Shown one piece after another: positions 1 to 13,514 of a stretch of 64,000 bases of DNA. This DNA comes from the human T2T-CHM13v2.0 reference genome, Homo sapiens. Numbering within the stretch: the stretch's first letter is position 1; each line of letters begins with the position of its first letter. A program made the position numbers and the translations under genes. The stretch lies in the NCBI GenBank assembly GCA_009914755.4, contig CP068257.2:38112001-38176000 (forward strand), given 5' to 3'. Under the pieces are notes generated by a model that was given only the letters and a program-made list of their open reading frames with translations, was not told the origin of the DNA and did not search any database.

Positions 1-604
1 GGTGAAAAGGCCAGCCAGTGCTCAGGCAGGTCACCCAGACCATCATAAGCGCTGATAGAAATCTAGGACGTGCGGTGGAGGAGGGAGATGACACGTCCCA
101 ACCATGGTCCCTGGTTAGCTGCAGGTGGCGTGTCCACCACGCCTTCTCTTTGGAGTCATTTGGAGATGGTGGCTGGCCACGATCTTGCAGGCTTAGTGAC
201 AGAACAATCTGAGAAGAACGAGGGGGGGAGCTGCTGCAGACCCATGTGGTGCTCTGCCTCATGCCCTCTCAGCCTAACCTCTAATTTCAGCAGAGATGGG
301 GTGTGTTTCTGTTCCGTGGTTAAGTCGCTGCATGCTCACAGAGGCTTACTTCAAGCACGGGCTGCAAGGTTTTACTTTCTTCATCAGGATTCCTCTCATG
401 CCACGAATGGGGAAAGTTCACAGTTGTTGGAGCTGATATTCCTAGAGAAAAATGCTGGTAAGTAAAGGCTCATATCTCCTGTTTTTCTTGGGGGGACTGT
501 TCTAGAGCCTTCTGTGCCCTTCTCAGTATGTCTAAGCAGAATGGAGCGCCCATTGTTCACAGCAGTTTCCTTGGCAATATTGTTGCTTTTTCCTCCCCAG
601 TCTC

Positions 605-1060
605 ACTGTTACAGGTTGAATTGTGTCCCCAAAAAGATATGTTCACGTCCCAACCCTTGGTATCTGGGAATATGACCTTATTTGCAAATAGGGTCTCTGC
701 AGATGTAATCAACTTAAGCTGAGGTTAGGCTGGATTAGGGTGGGCCCTTAATCCAGTATGACTGGTGTCCTTATAAAAAGACAATGTGAAGATATGTTGG
801 GAAAAGACTGTGTGATGGTCAGACAGAGACAGGGATTGGAGTGATGCAGCTTCAAGCCAAGGAGCGCCAAGGTTGACAACAAATACCTGAGCCAGGAAGA
901 GGCCAGGAAGGATTCCCTCCTACATTTTTCAGAGGGAGCCTGGCCTTCCCACATCTTGATCTTGGACTCCCAACCTCCAGAAATGTGAGAGAACAAGTTT
1001 CTGTTGTTTGAGCTGCCCAGTGGTGGTCATGGCAGCCTCAGGAGATGACGCACTCGCTCT
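605..1060 (-). repeat. MaLR (MST/MLT-type) LTR-like repeat in reverse orientation.
   Basis: ggttgaattgtgtcccc...gggtgggccc.taatcc...gtccttataa...ctccagaaatgtgagagaacaagtttctgttgtttgagc, the complement of the common ...ggcttaaacaacagaaa.../...ttataaggaca...gggcccac... family. Confidence 0.6.
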
Positions 1061-2454
1061 TTCTGCTTCCTCTCTCGTGCTCCCGGGGTGACCTCTCCAA
1101 TAAACTGCCTGGTCACAATCCATTTTTCCAGAGTTTTCTTTATTAGAAACCCAAGCTAGGATAACCTCTACGCTGTGCAAAGAGGGAGACACTGCTGTCT
1201 AAATGAGACTTTAGTTTTTGAATGAACTCTTTTTTTGGTGATACAGTTAATCATAATTCCATTTACCATTTTCTGACCGCCTATTATGTGCCTGGCACTT
1301 TACAAACATATCAAGTCTAATCTAGTATCATCCCATGTGGTAGCTGCTATTATCCTATTTTATAGAAGGGAAACTGAGTCTGATGGAGGTTGGGAGACTT
1401 GCACTATTTGTGACCCCAAATCTACATTCTTTCTAAATACCTAGGACCCAATCTTTGCCCAATAATTTACTTTCTCTGTAGGTTCCAACTTTTCTTTATG
1501 TATCCACCTGGATTAGTTGATATCTAGGTTTGGCTGCTGTGACAAAGACCAAAATATGAGTGACTTAAACAAGATGGACGTGTATTTCTCTTTACAGAAA
1601 GCTACATATGGGGCAGTCCTGCTCCTCAGGGCCCACAGAAGCTCAGATTCCTCCTGTCTACTTGCTCTGCCAAGTGTTGTTTTTGGTGGCTTAACGCCAC
1701 TTCCACTCTCCAGCCAGTAGAAAGGTGAGAAAAGCGAAAGAGAAGAACAGAATTCTCTTCACTGCAGGATCTCCTTACATCCCACTGATCAGAATTTCCA
1801 CCATGACCATGCCTAGATTCAAGGGGTGAGGTGAGGGGAGGAGCTGGGAAATGCAGTCTGCATTCTGTGCCCAGCTAAAATGTAGGGATGCGGTTGCCAT
1901 AGAATCGGGGAAAGTGGATATGGGGGCATGGCAGCTGGTGCTCACGGGGCACTCTTTGCCTTTGACAGTGGATCAGGCATTATGCAGAGCACGAAGAGGA
2001 GCACATTGTAGTCTCTGACTTCAGAAGAAGCAGACAGCAAAGGTGGTTTCCTTCCTGGTGGAGATTGCCGATTGGACTACAGAATGGCGAGAATACTGTG
2101 AAAGGAGGAGCATAGAAATCCAAGTGTGATCAGTCAGCAGGTCTTGGCCAGGAGCATACACAGAATAAACAAATAAATAAGTAAAGAGAGGAAGGGGAAG
2201 TAATGTTAAGACTGTTCAAGACTTGGAATACAGCTCTCCTAAAAAGCAGTCCTTTGAAGTCTTGGGATACTACAGAAAGATCCCAACAACCACTGAGCCT
2301 GGTTTCGATTTTTGGAGGAAACACACCAGGTGAATAAAGCAGTGTGACGTGAGAGAAAAGAGGGCGGCAAAGGTGAATGGGATCCCAGCCTTTCAAGGAC
2401 TTGGGCAGAGCAACTGGAGGAGGTGTGAGTCCAGCCAACAGTGTGGATCAGTTT

Positions 2455-2937
2455 CCTAGGCTGCCATAACAAAGCACCATAACCTGGTGGCTTAGAACAA
2501 TGGAAAGGCATTTGCTCACGGTTCCAGAAGCTGTAGGTTAGAAACTAAGTGTGGCAGGGTCATGGCCCCTCTGAAACCTAGGAGGGAAGGATGCTTCCCT
2601 GCTTCTTCCTGCTTCTGCTATCCCCTGATGTTCCTGGGTTAGTGGCAGCATAATTCTGGCCTCTGCCTCTGTCTTAACGTGGTGTTTTTTCCTGTGTCTC
2701 TTCATATTGCCTTTTGTCTCTGTGCCTCTACCTCTGAGTCCAAATTGCCCCTTTTTATAAGGACAATCACATTGTCCTTAGTCACATTGGATTGGATTAG
2801 GGCCCACTATACAGACCTTGTTTTAACTTGATTCTTCTATCAAGACCCTGAGAATCTCCAAATAAGGCCACATTCTGAGGAACTGTGGGTTTGGACTTCA
2901 ACATGTCTTTTTTGGGGGCCACAACTCAACCCATACC
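2455..2937 (+). repeat. MaLR MST-type element: the 3' end of the internal region plus the LTR.
   Basis: gctgccataacaaagcacca..ggtggcttagaacaatggaaa, then tgtggcagggtcatggcccctctgaaacct...ttataaggacaatcac...gggcccac...caactcaacccatacc. Confidence 0.65.
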
Positions 2938-3671
2938 AGCTTGCTTGATGGATATTCATAGCTGATGTCAAAGTAAATTTAATTCTCATCCTCAGAAGCA
3001 AGAAAGATTCCACGACTAAGGCCAACAATAACATCCAGGGAGTTCGTTTCTTGAGCAACGACCAGCTCTTTGCATAGCACGAATTGCCAAAAAAGGCCAG
3101 CGTAGTCATTTCTCGGCCATGCACACCTGTGATGTGGCAAGCCATGTTGACGTGCCAAAAATGAGAATTCTCCAGTAAAAATAAAATAGAGTAAATTAGA
3201 TAATAATGTTCCGAAGGCAATTTATACTTTTCTGTGCTTTGGGATTCATTTTCAAAACATGTTTCATTTGTCTTTGAAAATCGAAGTTCACGTTCAAGGC
3301 CCCTTTGAGTTTGCTTTTTGTCCAACTATTCGGGCATGCAATAGTCACTAATGGGAACTCCTGGCTTAGAGCCAAGAAACCAACAAAAGGCCCCAAAATG
3401 AATGCTTTAAAAGACTGTGCATGTTTTAAAGGCCTCTCGCCTATCAGCAAGCACCACTGTTTCTCCATGGACAAACCAGAGTGTCCTGACAAGGTCTCCT
3501 GTCCCCTGGCAGACAGCTGACACCCGAGGCCCATCAGGCTGGGAGCTTGCTTGTCTGGAATGTCTTTGAATGCATGGGCTATCCTTTCCCACTCCCCCAT
3601 AGCCTCCCCTATCAGCCAAAGTAATTTGAAGATGTGGTGGTGTTATAAGATAATCTAGGATAATCTCCCAA

Positions 3672-3747
3672 TTCTTGCACACTTCTCTGTTGAGAGGTCG
3701 GTTTATCGCTTCTTGCACACTTCTCTGTTGAGAGGTCGGTTTATCGC
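3672..3747. repeat. Perfect tandem duplication of a 38-bp unit (ttcttgcacacttctctgttgagaggtcggtttatcgc).
   Basis: Two identical adjacent copies read directly. Confidence 0.9.
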
Positions 3748-5195
3748 AGTTTGTTTTTAGGTCTATTAAGAGGTCTAAGTCCCCTCTCCCTGAATCTGAA
3801 CCCTGTGAGTGCGTGGCTGATAGAGCACCTTGGGTGTGGCTGTGGTATAAGTCCTGAGGATGCATGTCCTTCCATATTCCCTTCTCTTTGAGTGTGGGAG
3901 AGTCTGGGAATGCTGCGCTATTACTCTTGTGATTTAGAGCAAAAGGGATATGATTTGAGTGGGCCTAGTCTAATCACATGGACTTTTTAAAAGCAGAGTT
4001 TTTCCTCCGGCTAGCAGCAAACAAGGAAGTCTGAGATTTGAAGCAGGAGGAGAATAGGGTGCATTGTTGCTGCCTTTGAAAATGGAGGGGCCACATGCCA
4101 ACCAGTGCAAGTAGCTTTTAGAAGCTGAGAAGAGCCCCTAAGTGAATTCAGCTCACAAACTGAATGAGCTTGGAAGTGGAATCGTTCTCAGAGCTTCCAG
4201 AAAAGGACTCATCTGTCTAACACCTTGATGTTGGCCTTATGAGACCCTACCTAAGAAGAGAACCCAGTCAAACCTTCCCAGGCTTTTATGGAACTGAGAG
4301 ATAATAAATAGGTATAGTTTTAAGGCATGAAATTTGTAATAGTTTGTTATTTGCCAATGGAAAACTAATAGAGTGACACTGTGCCCAATTCTAGGTTCGG
4401 GCTGCAAAAGACTTGTAGCTTTTATTTGTTTCTTGGGGCATTTGCTCCCGGAATCCAGCAGCCATGCTGTGAGGAAGCCCAAGCAGCCCCACAGAGAGGT
4501 CCATGTCAAAGAGAGTAAGACCCTCAGCCCAGCCAGAACCAAGCTCCTAGTCAATGGCCAGGACTGACTTTCCAGCTTTGTGAATGAGCCACCCTGAAAG
4601 TGAATCCTATAGCCCCAGCTGATCTGTTCCAGCTGACCCATGTGAAGCAGGACAGGACATTACCACTGAGCCCTGCCCAGATTGCAAAATAAATGGTTGT
4701 TCTTATTTGAAATCACTAATTTTTGGGGTGGTTTAAATAGAGGGCAAATTTTCTGCTGCTCATCCTCATACCAAAATTGCTAATTATGTCTCTAGTAATA
4801 TGGTTGATGTCCAGGATAACTTAAATGAGACCATTAAGTGACAATGTGACATTCCTATCCAAGGGGAAAAACAGCTCTTGCAACCGTAAGTACACATTGT
4901 TCTAACCTGCTTTCTTCATAGGATTTTGTGAATCAAGGACTGCAATGGACAGAGAATGTTTTGCAAATTCTTAGATATAGGGGGATTTATCAACTTTGTA
5001 CCCAAATATACCACCCTTATGAAAATGACAATAAGCATTGCTGTTGAAGGTGTGATGAAATAAGCTATCTCTGACACAAAACGTGGGATTGTAAATTGGC
5101 ATAGTTCTGGAAACTAATTTAACTCTATCAATAATTTTAAAGTGAGAAATGTTTTGACATATAATTCTAATTAAAAGAGTTAAAGAATATAGTTA

Positions 5196-5530
<335 letters not shown>

Positions 5531-6607
5531 ATGCAGTATTTGAAAAAAGAAAAAAAGATATAGTACCAAAGACAAAATAAAAGAAAACAATAACCCTCTA
5601 TGCATACATAAATTCATCTCAGTATTATTTGCAATATTGAAAAATGGCAAACGACATAATGCTTAAGCACATGGGTATTCTTATGATGTATTTAAAATGA
5701 TTTTATGTTTTGTATCATAAATGTAGCATATTATTATGAAGCCATTAAAGCAATGTTCATGAATGGTTTTTAATGGATATGTAACAATGTTTATAATGTA
5801 GTGTTAAATTAAAAAGGATATAAAATTATATATACAAATTATATTCTACTATATAATACATGAAAGTACACATAGGTGTCCAAGTAAAATGCTTCTAATA
5901 GCGAAAGTGGTGCAACTTAGTGTTTAATAATAGTTCTTTAAATAATTGGCAGTACATCCATAAAACATAATATTGTTTAGTGACTTAAAATTATTTCATA
6001 ATAATACAGAAACTTATGGAAAAACATTTAGGCTACTTGGTTAAGTGGTCATATTAGCCTCCCAGGGCTGCCTGGGAAGAGCTCCACAATTAGAAAGCTT
6101 AAAACAACAGAAATGCACTCTGCCACAGTACTGGGGGTCAGAAGTCTTGATTTCAGAAGTCTGATATTGAAGTATTGGCAGAGCCATGTTCCCTTTGACG
6201 GCTCTAGGGATGAATCTTCCTTGCCTCTTCCTGGTTTTTGGTGGTGGCTGGCAATTCCTGGCCTTCCCTGGCCATCGTTCTAATCTCTGCCTTTTTTGTT
6301 ACACAGCCTTCTCCCTATGTGTCTTCACAATGTCTGCCTTCCGTGAGTGCCTCTGTGACCAAATTTCTCTCTTCTTATAAGGATATCAGTCATATCGAAT
6401 TCGGGCCCACCATCCTCCAGTGTGATCTCACCTTCCTTTAATGAATTACATCTGCAATGACCCTGTTTCCAAATCAAGTCACATGCTGAGGTTCTGGGTA
6501 GACAAGAATTTTGGGTGAATACTATTCAACCTAGTGGATGAAGTGAAAAAATAGATTTTCAATATGTAAAATTACTTTTACTACTTCAATACAAAGTTAA
6601 AAATGAT

Positions 6608-6985
<378 letters not shown>

Positions 6986-7330
6986 CTAAAAAATCCTCTG
7001 CGCTTCACCTATTTATCTCTCTCTCCTCTAGCTCCTGATAACCACTGATTTTTTTAAACTGACTCCATGGTAGCAATTGCATTTTTCAGAACTAATTCTA
7101 AGGGATTCATTAGGTGTATCCTTTTTGATTCAGTGATGCTGGTATTCGCCACCAATTGTAATGGTAGAAATTGAAAGCAACTGAATTTCGTCTGTGGGAA
7201 GCTACTTGTAAGTGATGTTATCAAATTGATGGGATTACACTTAGTCACTAAACATAATGTATTTACTGATAGGAAGCAAAGGTTTCTCATACATTAAGTC
7301 AATAACATCTGGTTGTCAAACAGCAGGTAA

Positions 7331-7651
<321 letters not shown>

Positions 7652-10578
7652 TAAAAAACAAATATATGCTATGCTGGTAACAGTGCTTGTGTCTGTACGA
7701 TGGTCTTATGAGTAATCTGTCTTAAAATTTTCCTCCTTTTTGCTTTCTTTTCCTAATTTTTCTATAATGACTGTGTATCACTTTTATAATAAAGAAAATC
7801 ATAAAAGTTAGTCATTAAAAATTCATAACGCTTAACTATGGGTGCTACTGAAATTACAAATAGTTGTTATTTTCTTCTTTATGTTGAGTCTAATAGAAAA
7901 CTGCTATTTGTATAGATTACAAAAAGTTAAATATTGGCCCTTTAATTTAACTTACTTTTAAAAATATTTTCTAAATATTCTACAGGAATCATATGCCTAA
8001 ATTCCTCATATACCTAAATTTTTGAAATTCCTCAAAAGCCTTTTGTTAAAGGATTTTAAAAAAGATAACATCATGGTTCTCATACAAATCTAAATAAATT
8101 CCTGCCAAGGATTTAAGTCATGAATGAAGGAATGGGCAAGATGTTACAAGAGATTCAATGGAGAACTCAAAGAACACGCATATATATGCCATCATGGACG
8201 CTGAAAAATTTACAAATAGAAGCAAAATTGGTCAATATCTGCAGGGCAAAAATCGATGACTTCTCCCCCAAAGTTCACTTGCATTTCCAGGTATACAAAC
8301 TATCTGCTTGCTCTCATCTTCCTACAGCTTAGAGTTGTAAATCCCTTAAGAGCAGCTCAGGCCCTATTAAATCAGATCACTCCACAATCTTCGCCCATTT
8401 CAACTTCTTTTTACAATTTTCCTGATGTTCCTTTTTACACCTGAAGATAAAAGGCAAACTCTTGACTGTGTGCTTGGGCCTGGCCCCTCTGTGGGCTCGT
8501 CTAAGACCACCCCTCACTCTCACTTCCTTGCATTCAGTATGTACCAGCCTCTTTTAACTTCCTAAGGGGTCCCAGGCCCCCTGGCACCCACCCTGCTGCC
8601 TCGATACCCATCATTCTCTCTGCCCCAAGAGGTGGTCCTCCCCACGCCCCCTCATCCTACCCACTTAATGCCTAAAATCTGCCCCTCACCTGAGTACAAA
8701 CCCCCTTTCCTCAGGGATTCCCAGGGCCTCTCTCCCTCCATCAACAGTTCCTTCAGGGCCTTGACTGCAATTTAAATTACAACATGAATATGTTTTATGC
8801 AAATCTAAACTTTGTGATTTTAAAATAGCATAGGCTAAAAATGTTAGTAAAGTCTCTCTTTATGCTTAAACTTTGAAATAATGCAAATCTCCCAAATTAC
8901 CAAACAAAACAAAACAAAACAAAACACACACCTCAAAGCAAAAGTCTCTCCCAGGACTGTACATTTTTAAAGCTGCATTTCAAAACCTGCACGTTGTGAA
9001 CATGTACCCTAGAACTTAAAGTATAATTTAAAAAAAAAAGCTGCATTTCCAAAGAGTGGTAAATAGGGCTTCCTCTCTTGCCCCAGTGTGGCCTCTCTGT
9101 AACTGGTCAATAGAAACAGTCCCGGCCCGGGGTCACCGGGTTGGGGACCCTGTACTTGCTATGGAACTTCCGAGAGTGGCTATTACTAAGGCATATGCAT
9201 TGATGTTGTAGCACTCATTGTTATCATAACTTAACATCTTCCAGAAGCTCTAACAATATTCTCCAGTAGTGGTGCTGAGGCTGAGGCTGAGGCCGGGCAT
9301 CTTGGTGAGGGGAGTCAGATGGGATCAGTGCTTTGCTGGCCAGCCCTCACAACTCCTGGTGCCGACTGACGCATGATGACAGAGGCCAAGAGATTACAAA
9401 GCACACAGGGCACAAATGCACTACCCTGACCTCAGATTTCTATTCCTATGGCACATTGTTCTGGAGTTATTTGAATTATGACTTATGCTAGGCCTGCAGA
9501 GACATGGCCCATGGATAAGATGCTACAACCCTGTGTATATTTGTGAGATTATTCGGCTAATATGTTGTCTCCCTGATCTGTCTGCTTTGTTCACCATTTT
9601 TCTTACCAGCTCCTAGTAGAAGGGAAAAAAATATTTCCTCTTGTTCGTGTGAAAAAAAAAAAAACCCCTCACCACTCAATGTGCTTTTTCCTGTTCTCTC
9701 ATTCAACACCGTAACAACTAGCACAGACTTCTGGGTGGGGTTGGGGTTCTCCAACACAAATTGGCAGGGGTGGGGTTCTCCCCACCACCGAGCAAGCACT
9801 CAGCTCTGCACTGGACAGTGGCTGGGTGTCCTGCAATTCCATTCTGACATTTTCTACTTGGAGACAGCTCAGATCCCACAGGGCGAGGGCTCTGTTACAC
9901 AAGACAGACCCCCTGTACTTTCCCACCGATCTGCATGTCCAGGCCTCCAGAACTTCTGACCGACCGGCTTCAAGCTGGAGTTCCCACAATCCCTTCTTTT
10001 GGTTTAATCCATTTGCTAGAATGACTCTCAGGAAAACACTTGTTTATGTTTACCGGCTTATGATAAAGGATATTGCAACTCACACCATGAAGATGCGCAG
10101 GGCGAGGGATGTGGGAAGGGGGGCGGAGCTTCCATGCCTTCCCTGGGTGTGTGGCCCCCCAGGAACCTCCATGTGTTCCGGAGACGTCATTGGATATGTA
10201 TCGTTGCAGCGTGGACAGGTGTGTTGAAATGAGACTGGGCAAAAAGGGTTTGGTCTAAACCCAGCAGGGCCTGTCTGTTCACATTCTTTTGGCCTCTCTC
10301 TGCAGCATTCCTTCCTCCAAGGGATGCGGCAGGACCCTTTCTGGAATGAGGGCCTTATGACCCACAAACAGGCTAGAGTTCGGCTATGGGAAGGTGAAAG
10401 GAGAGTGGGAGTAGGTCAGAGAGAGAGATTCTGTTTACTCAAGAGAGTACGCAGAAGGGTGATGGGAGTTATGAGCCAGGAACCATGGGTGGAAACCTAT
10501 TGTGTGTATATATCTATGTCATCGATATCTATTTCTATCTATATATCACACTTCTACTCTCTTACATTCAGCAGCTGA

Positions 10579-10936
10579 TGCATTAGTCTGTTTTCATGCT
10601 GCTGATAAGGACATACCCAAGGCTGGGAAGAAACAGAGGTTTAATGGACTCACAGTTCCAGGGGGCTGGGGAGGCCTCATAATCATGACAGAAGGCAAAG
10701 GCACCTCTTTCATGGCAGTAGCAAGAAAGAATGAGAGAAGTGAAAGCGGAAACCCTTTTTAAAACCATCAGATCTTGTGAGACTTATTCACTACCATGAG
10801 AACAGTATGGGGGAAACCGCCCAACAGCCGCTTGATTCAATTAGCTCCCTCTGGGTCCTTCCCACAATACGCAGGAATTAACGGAGCTACAGTTCAAGAT
10901 GAGATTTAGGTGGGGACACAGAGCCAAACCATATCA
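10579..10936 (-). repeat. THE1-type MaLR solitary LTR, reverse-complement orientation.
   Basis: + strand reads ...cattagtctgttttcatgctgctgataa...catggc...ggggaggcctca.aatcatg...gagatttaggtggggacacagagccaaaccatatca. This is the complement of the THE1 consensus TGATATGGTTTGGCTGTGTCCCCACC.... Confidence 0.7.
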
Positions 10937-11360
10937 GCTGGCAACTGTGAATTAAAGTGACAAAACATAGAGTCACAGGAGAAAAGGCATACACATTTTA
11001 CTTGATAATATTTTAATTTTTATGTGCGTGGAGGCCTTCAAAGAAAGTGGAGACCCAAACAAGTGGTTCGATTTGGGAGCTTAGATACCATTTTAGCAAA
11101 GGGCAATACACTGCGGAGAGGTGACAAAGGAAAAGGGGTTTGGGCTTCTAGGGGTGGACACTGGGCGAGTAGACACACAGGTGAAAGTTGTGAAAGATTG
11201 GGTCATTTTGCAAGGTTTAATCCATGCAGACTCATCTCGGTGCTGTCTCCTTCTCTGGTGATAGAGGTCGTTCTTATCTCCCTCATAGGAGGGATGAGGG
11301 TACATCTTCACAAGGGAAATTTATGCCCTCCTCTCTGGCAGATACGAGGAGGGCAGAAGC

Positions 11361-11696
<336 letters not shown>

Positions 11697-11699
<3 letters not shown>

Positions 11700-11708
11700 T
11701 CTTTTTCT
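11697..11708. repeat. Target-site duplication (left copy), CCCTCTTTTTCT.
   Basis: An identical 12-mer occurs at 18898-18909, immediately outside the other end of the element. Confidence 0.8.
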
Positions 11709-11732
11709 TTTTTTCTTCTGCTTTTTTTTTTT
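11709..11732 (-). other. Poly(A) tail of the HERV-W retrocopy, seen as a T-rich run on the + strand.
   Basis: tttttcttctgcttttttttttt lies directly 3' of the LTR R region on the minus strand. Confidence 0.7.
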
Positions 11733-12077
11733 TGCAGTTGAAAGATTTAATAGAGTGAAATAGAGTGAAAATAGAGCTCCCATACAAAAGGAGGAGACCC
11801 AAAGGGGGTTGCCGTTGCTGGCTCGAATGCCTGGGTTTATATCCCAATCATTGTCCCTCTCACTGTTCTCTCAGGCAACAGATGATTGGTTATTTCTTTA
11901 TCTCCGTTTTTGCCTAATTAGCATTTTAGTGAGCTCTCCTTACTATCTGGTTGGGTGTGAGCTAAGTTGCAAGCCCCTTGTTTAAAGGTGGAAGTGGTCA
12001 CCTTCCCAGCTAGGCTTAGGGATTCTTAGTCAGCCTAGGAAATCCAGCTAGTCCTGTCTGTCAGTCCTCTCTCTCAA
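11733..12077 (-). repeat. HERV-W 3' LTR (U3-R, LTR17), truncated at the end of R as expected for a retrocopy.
   Basis: The reverse complement begins TGAGAGA...GGACTAGCTGGATTTCCTAGGC and ends ...CTCTATTAAATCTTTCAACTGCA. It contains GGGATATAAACCC (TATA) and a TATTAAA poly(A) signal. Confidence 0.8.
11836..11842 (-). promoter_or_regulatory. LTR17 U3 TATA box (ATATAAA on the minus strand).
   Basis: A motif in the canonical position within U3. Its function is not assessable from sequence. Confidence 0.4.
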
Positions 12078-12120
12078 CAGGAAAACCCAAGTGCTGTTGG
12101 GGAGGTTGGCGATGACTGCT

Positions 12121-12390
12121 CTAACTGCTTCCTGCTGGCCTGGGGTGTAGTAGGGGTTGTGCAGTTGAGATTTCCTCAGGAGGGGTGCCTTCGATGTCGT
12201 TAACATTGGAGCATGGGCTGTCAGGGTGGTCCAGGGGTCCGCGGTAGATCTTAGTCATGGACTGCATCTGGGGCTCCATTTGAAGAATGATTTGTAGTTT
12301 TACAGCTTTAATTCTGGAAGAGACAAACTTAACAAGGAGGTTAAAGATACAGGGATTCAAATGTATGGCCTGGGGATACTTCTTAGGCAC
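12121..12390 (-). pseudogene. Remnant of HERV-W env: the cytoplasmic tail of the TM subunit only. The rest of env is deleted.
   Basis: The ORF ...CIFNLLVKFVSSRIKAVKLQ..MEPQMQSMTKIYRGPLD.P.SPCS.VNDIEGTPPEEISTAQPLL...AGSS matches the syncytin-1/ERVW-1 C-terminus as I recall it. Only ~280 bp separate the truncated pol from the LTR. Confidence 0.7.
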
Positions 12391-13514
12391 ACTTTACAGG
12401 CCCCAACTACCTGCTTAAGAGTTTTGAAAAGTCCTGGTCCAGTAAATAACAATTTGGCCATCTGATGGGTGCTATCAATGCATAAGTGAAAGTTTTGGTG
12501 AGTGGTTTTAAGTAATTTCCATTGGTTAGCTGCAGGCAAAGGTATTTTTCCTTGTTCGGTGGCTTGCCATCCTGAGGGGAGAAAACTATGTCCTCGTGAG
12601 ATTCCCCATTCTATTTCTTCTTCTGAATACTGGGGCTTGGTTTCCCAGAGGGGATTACCCCATACTAGGGGTCCTTCTATAAGCATTTCTAATGGAGGGT
12701 CCTGCCTTGCAGCTCTTTTGGCTTCAATATCTGCTTGGCGGTTCCTTTCTATTTCCCTTTCCTTTCCTTTCTGATGACCCCGGCAGTGTAAGACTGCCAC
12801 CTCTTTAGGTTTCTGTACGGCCAATAATAATTCCCTAATGGCTTCCTGATGTTTGATAGGTGTTCCCTCAGAAGTTAGGAATTCCCTTTCTCTCCATATT
12901 ACTGCATGGGCATGGAGGACTAGGTAAGCATACTTAGAGTCTGTATATATATTTACCCTTTTTCCTTCTCCTAATTCTAGTGCCCGAGTGAGTTTTGCCA
13001 GCTGAGCACTAGTTCCTGGAGTGAGGGGATTACTTTCAAGTATTCCATTATCACTGACTACTGCATACCCCACTTTTTGAAGTCCTTTTTCTACAAAGGA
13101 TCTTCCATCAGTATACAAGTTAGGGTTGGGATCAGTCAAGGGAACCTCTAAATGGTCCCCTCGAGTGGCATAGGTTTGAGCAATTACTTGTTGACAGTTA
13201 TGTTCTATCTTTTCTTCATTGTGTGGAAGAAATGTGTCCAGGTTAAGAGCTGCACAAGTGCACAGTCGCAGCATTGGCCCTTCAAGTAATAGAGCCTGAT
13301 ATTTAAGTAAATGGTTGTCTGACAGCCACAAGTCTCCTTTAGCAGTGAGTATGCCATTCACATCATGTGATGTCCACACAGTAAGATTTCTTCCCTGTAT
13401 TATTTTAACTGCTTCAGATACTAAGACTGCTACTGCCACCACTACCCGTAAACAATGAGGCTGACCCTTTGCCACTACATCAATTTCCTTACTCAGGTAT
13501 GCCACGGGTTGCAA
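12357..13514 (-). pseudogene. HERV-W pol fragment covering the RT connection, RNase H and the integrase N-terminus, truncated.
   Basis: 385-aa ORF with gammaretrovirus-like RNase H motifs (YTDG, IYTDSKYA, LHCRGHQKG...NRQAD.EAKRAA) and the start of an integrase HHCC finger. Confidence 0.75.

Noticed and set aside
8120-8200. atgggcaagatgttacaagag (MGKMLQE) as a candidate initiator exon.
   Set aside because: No usable donor in the right phase. It is superseded by the ATG-GGT-CAG-AAG-GAA-AG|GTAAGG exon at 17976, which reproduces the known N-terminus.
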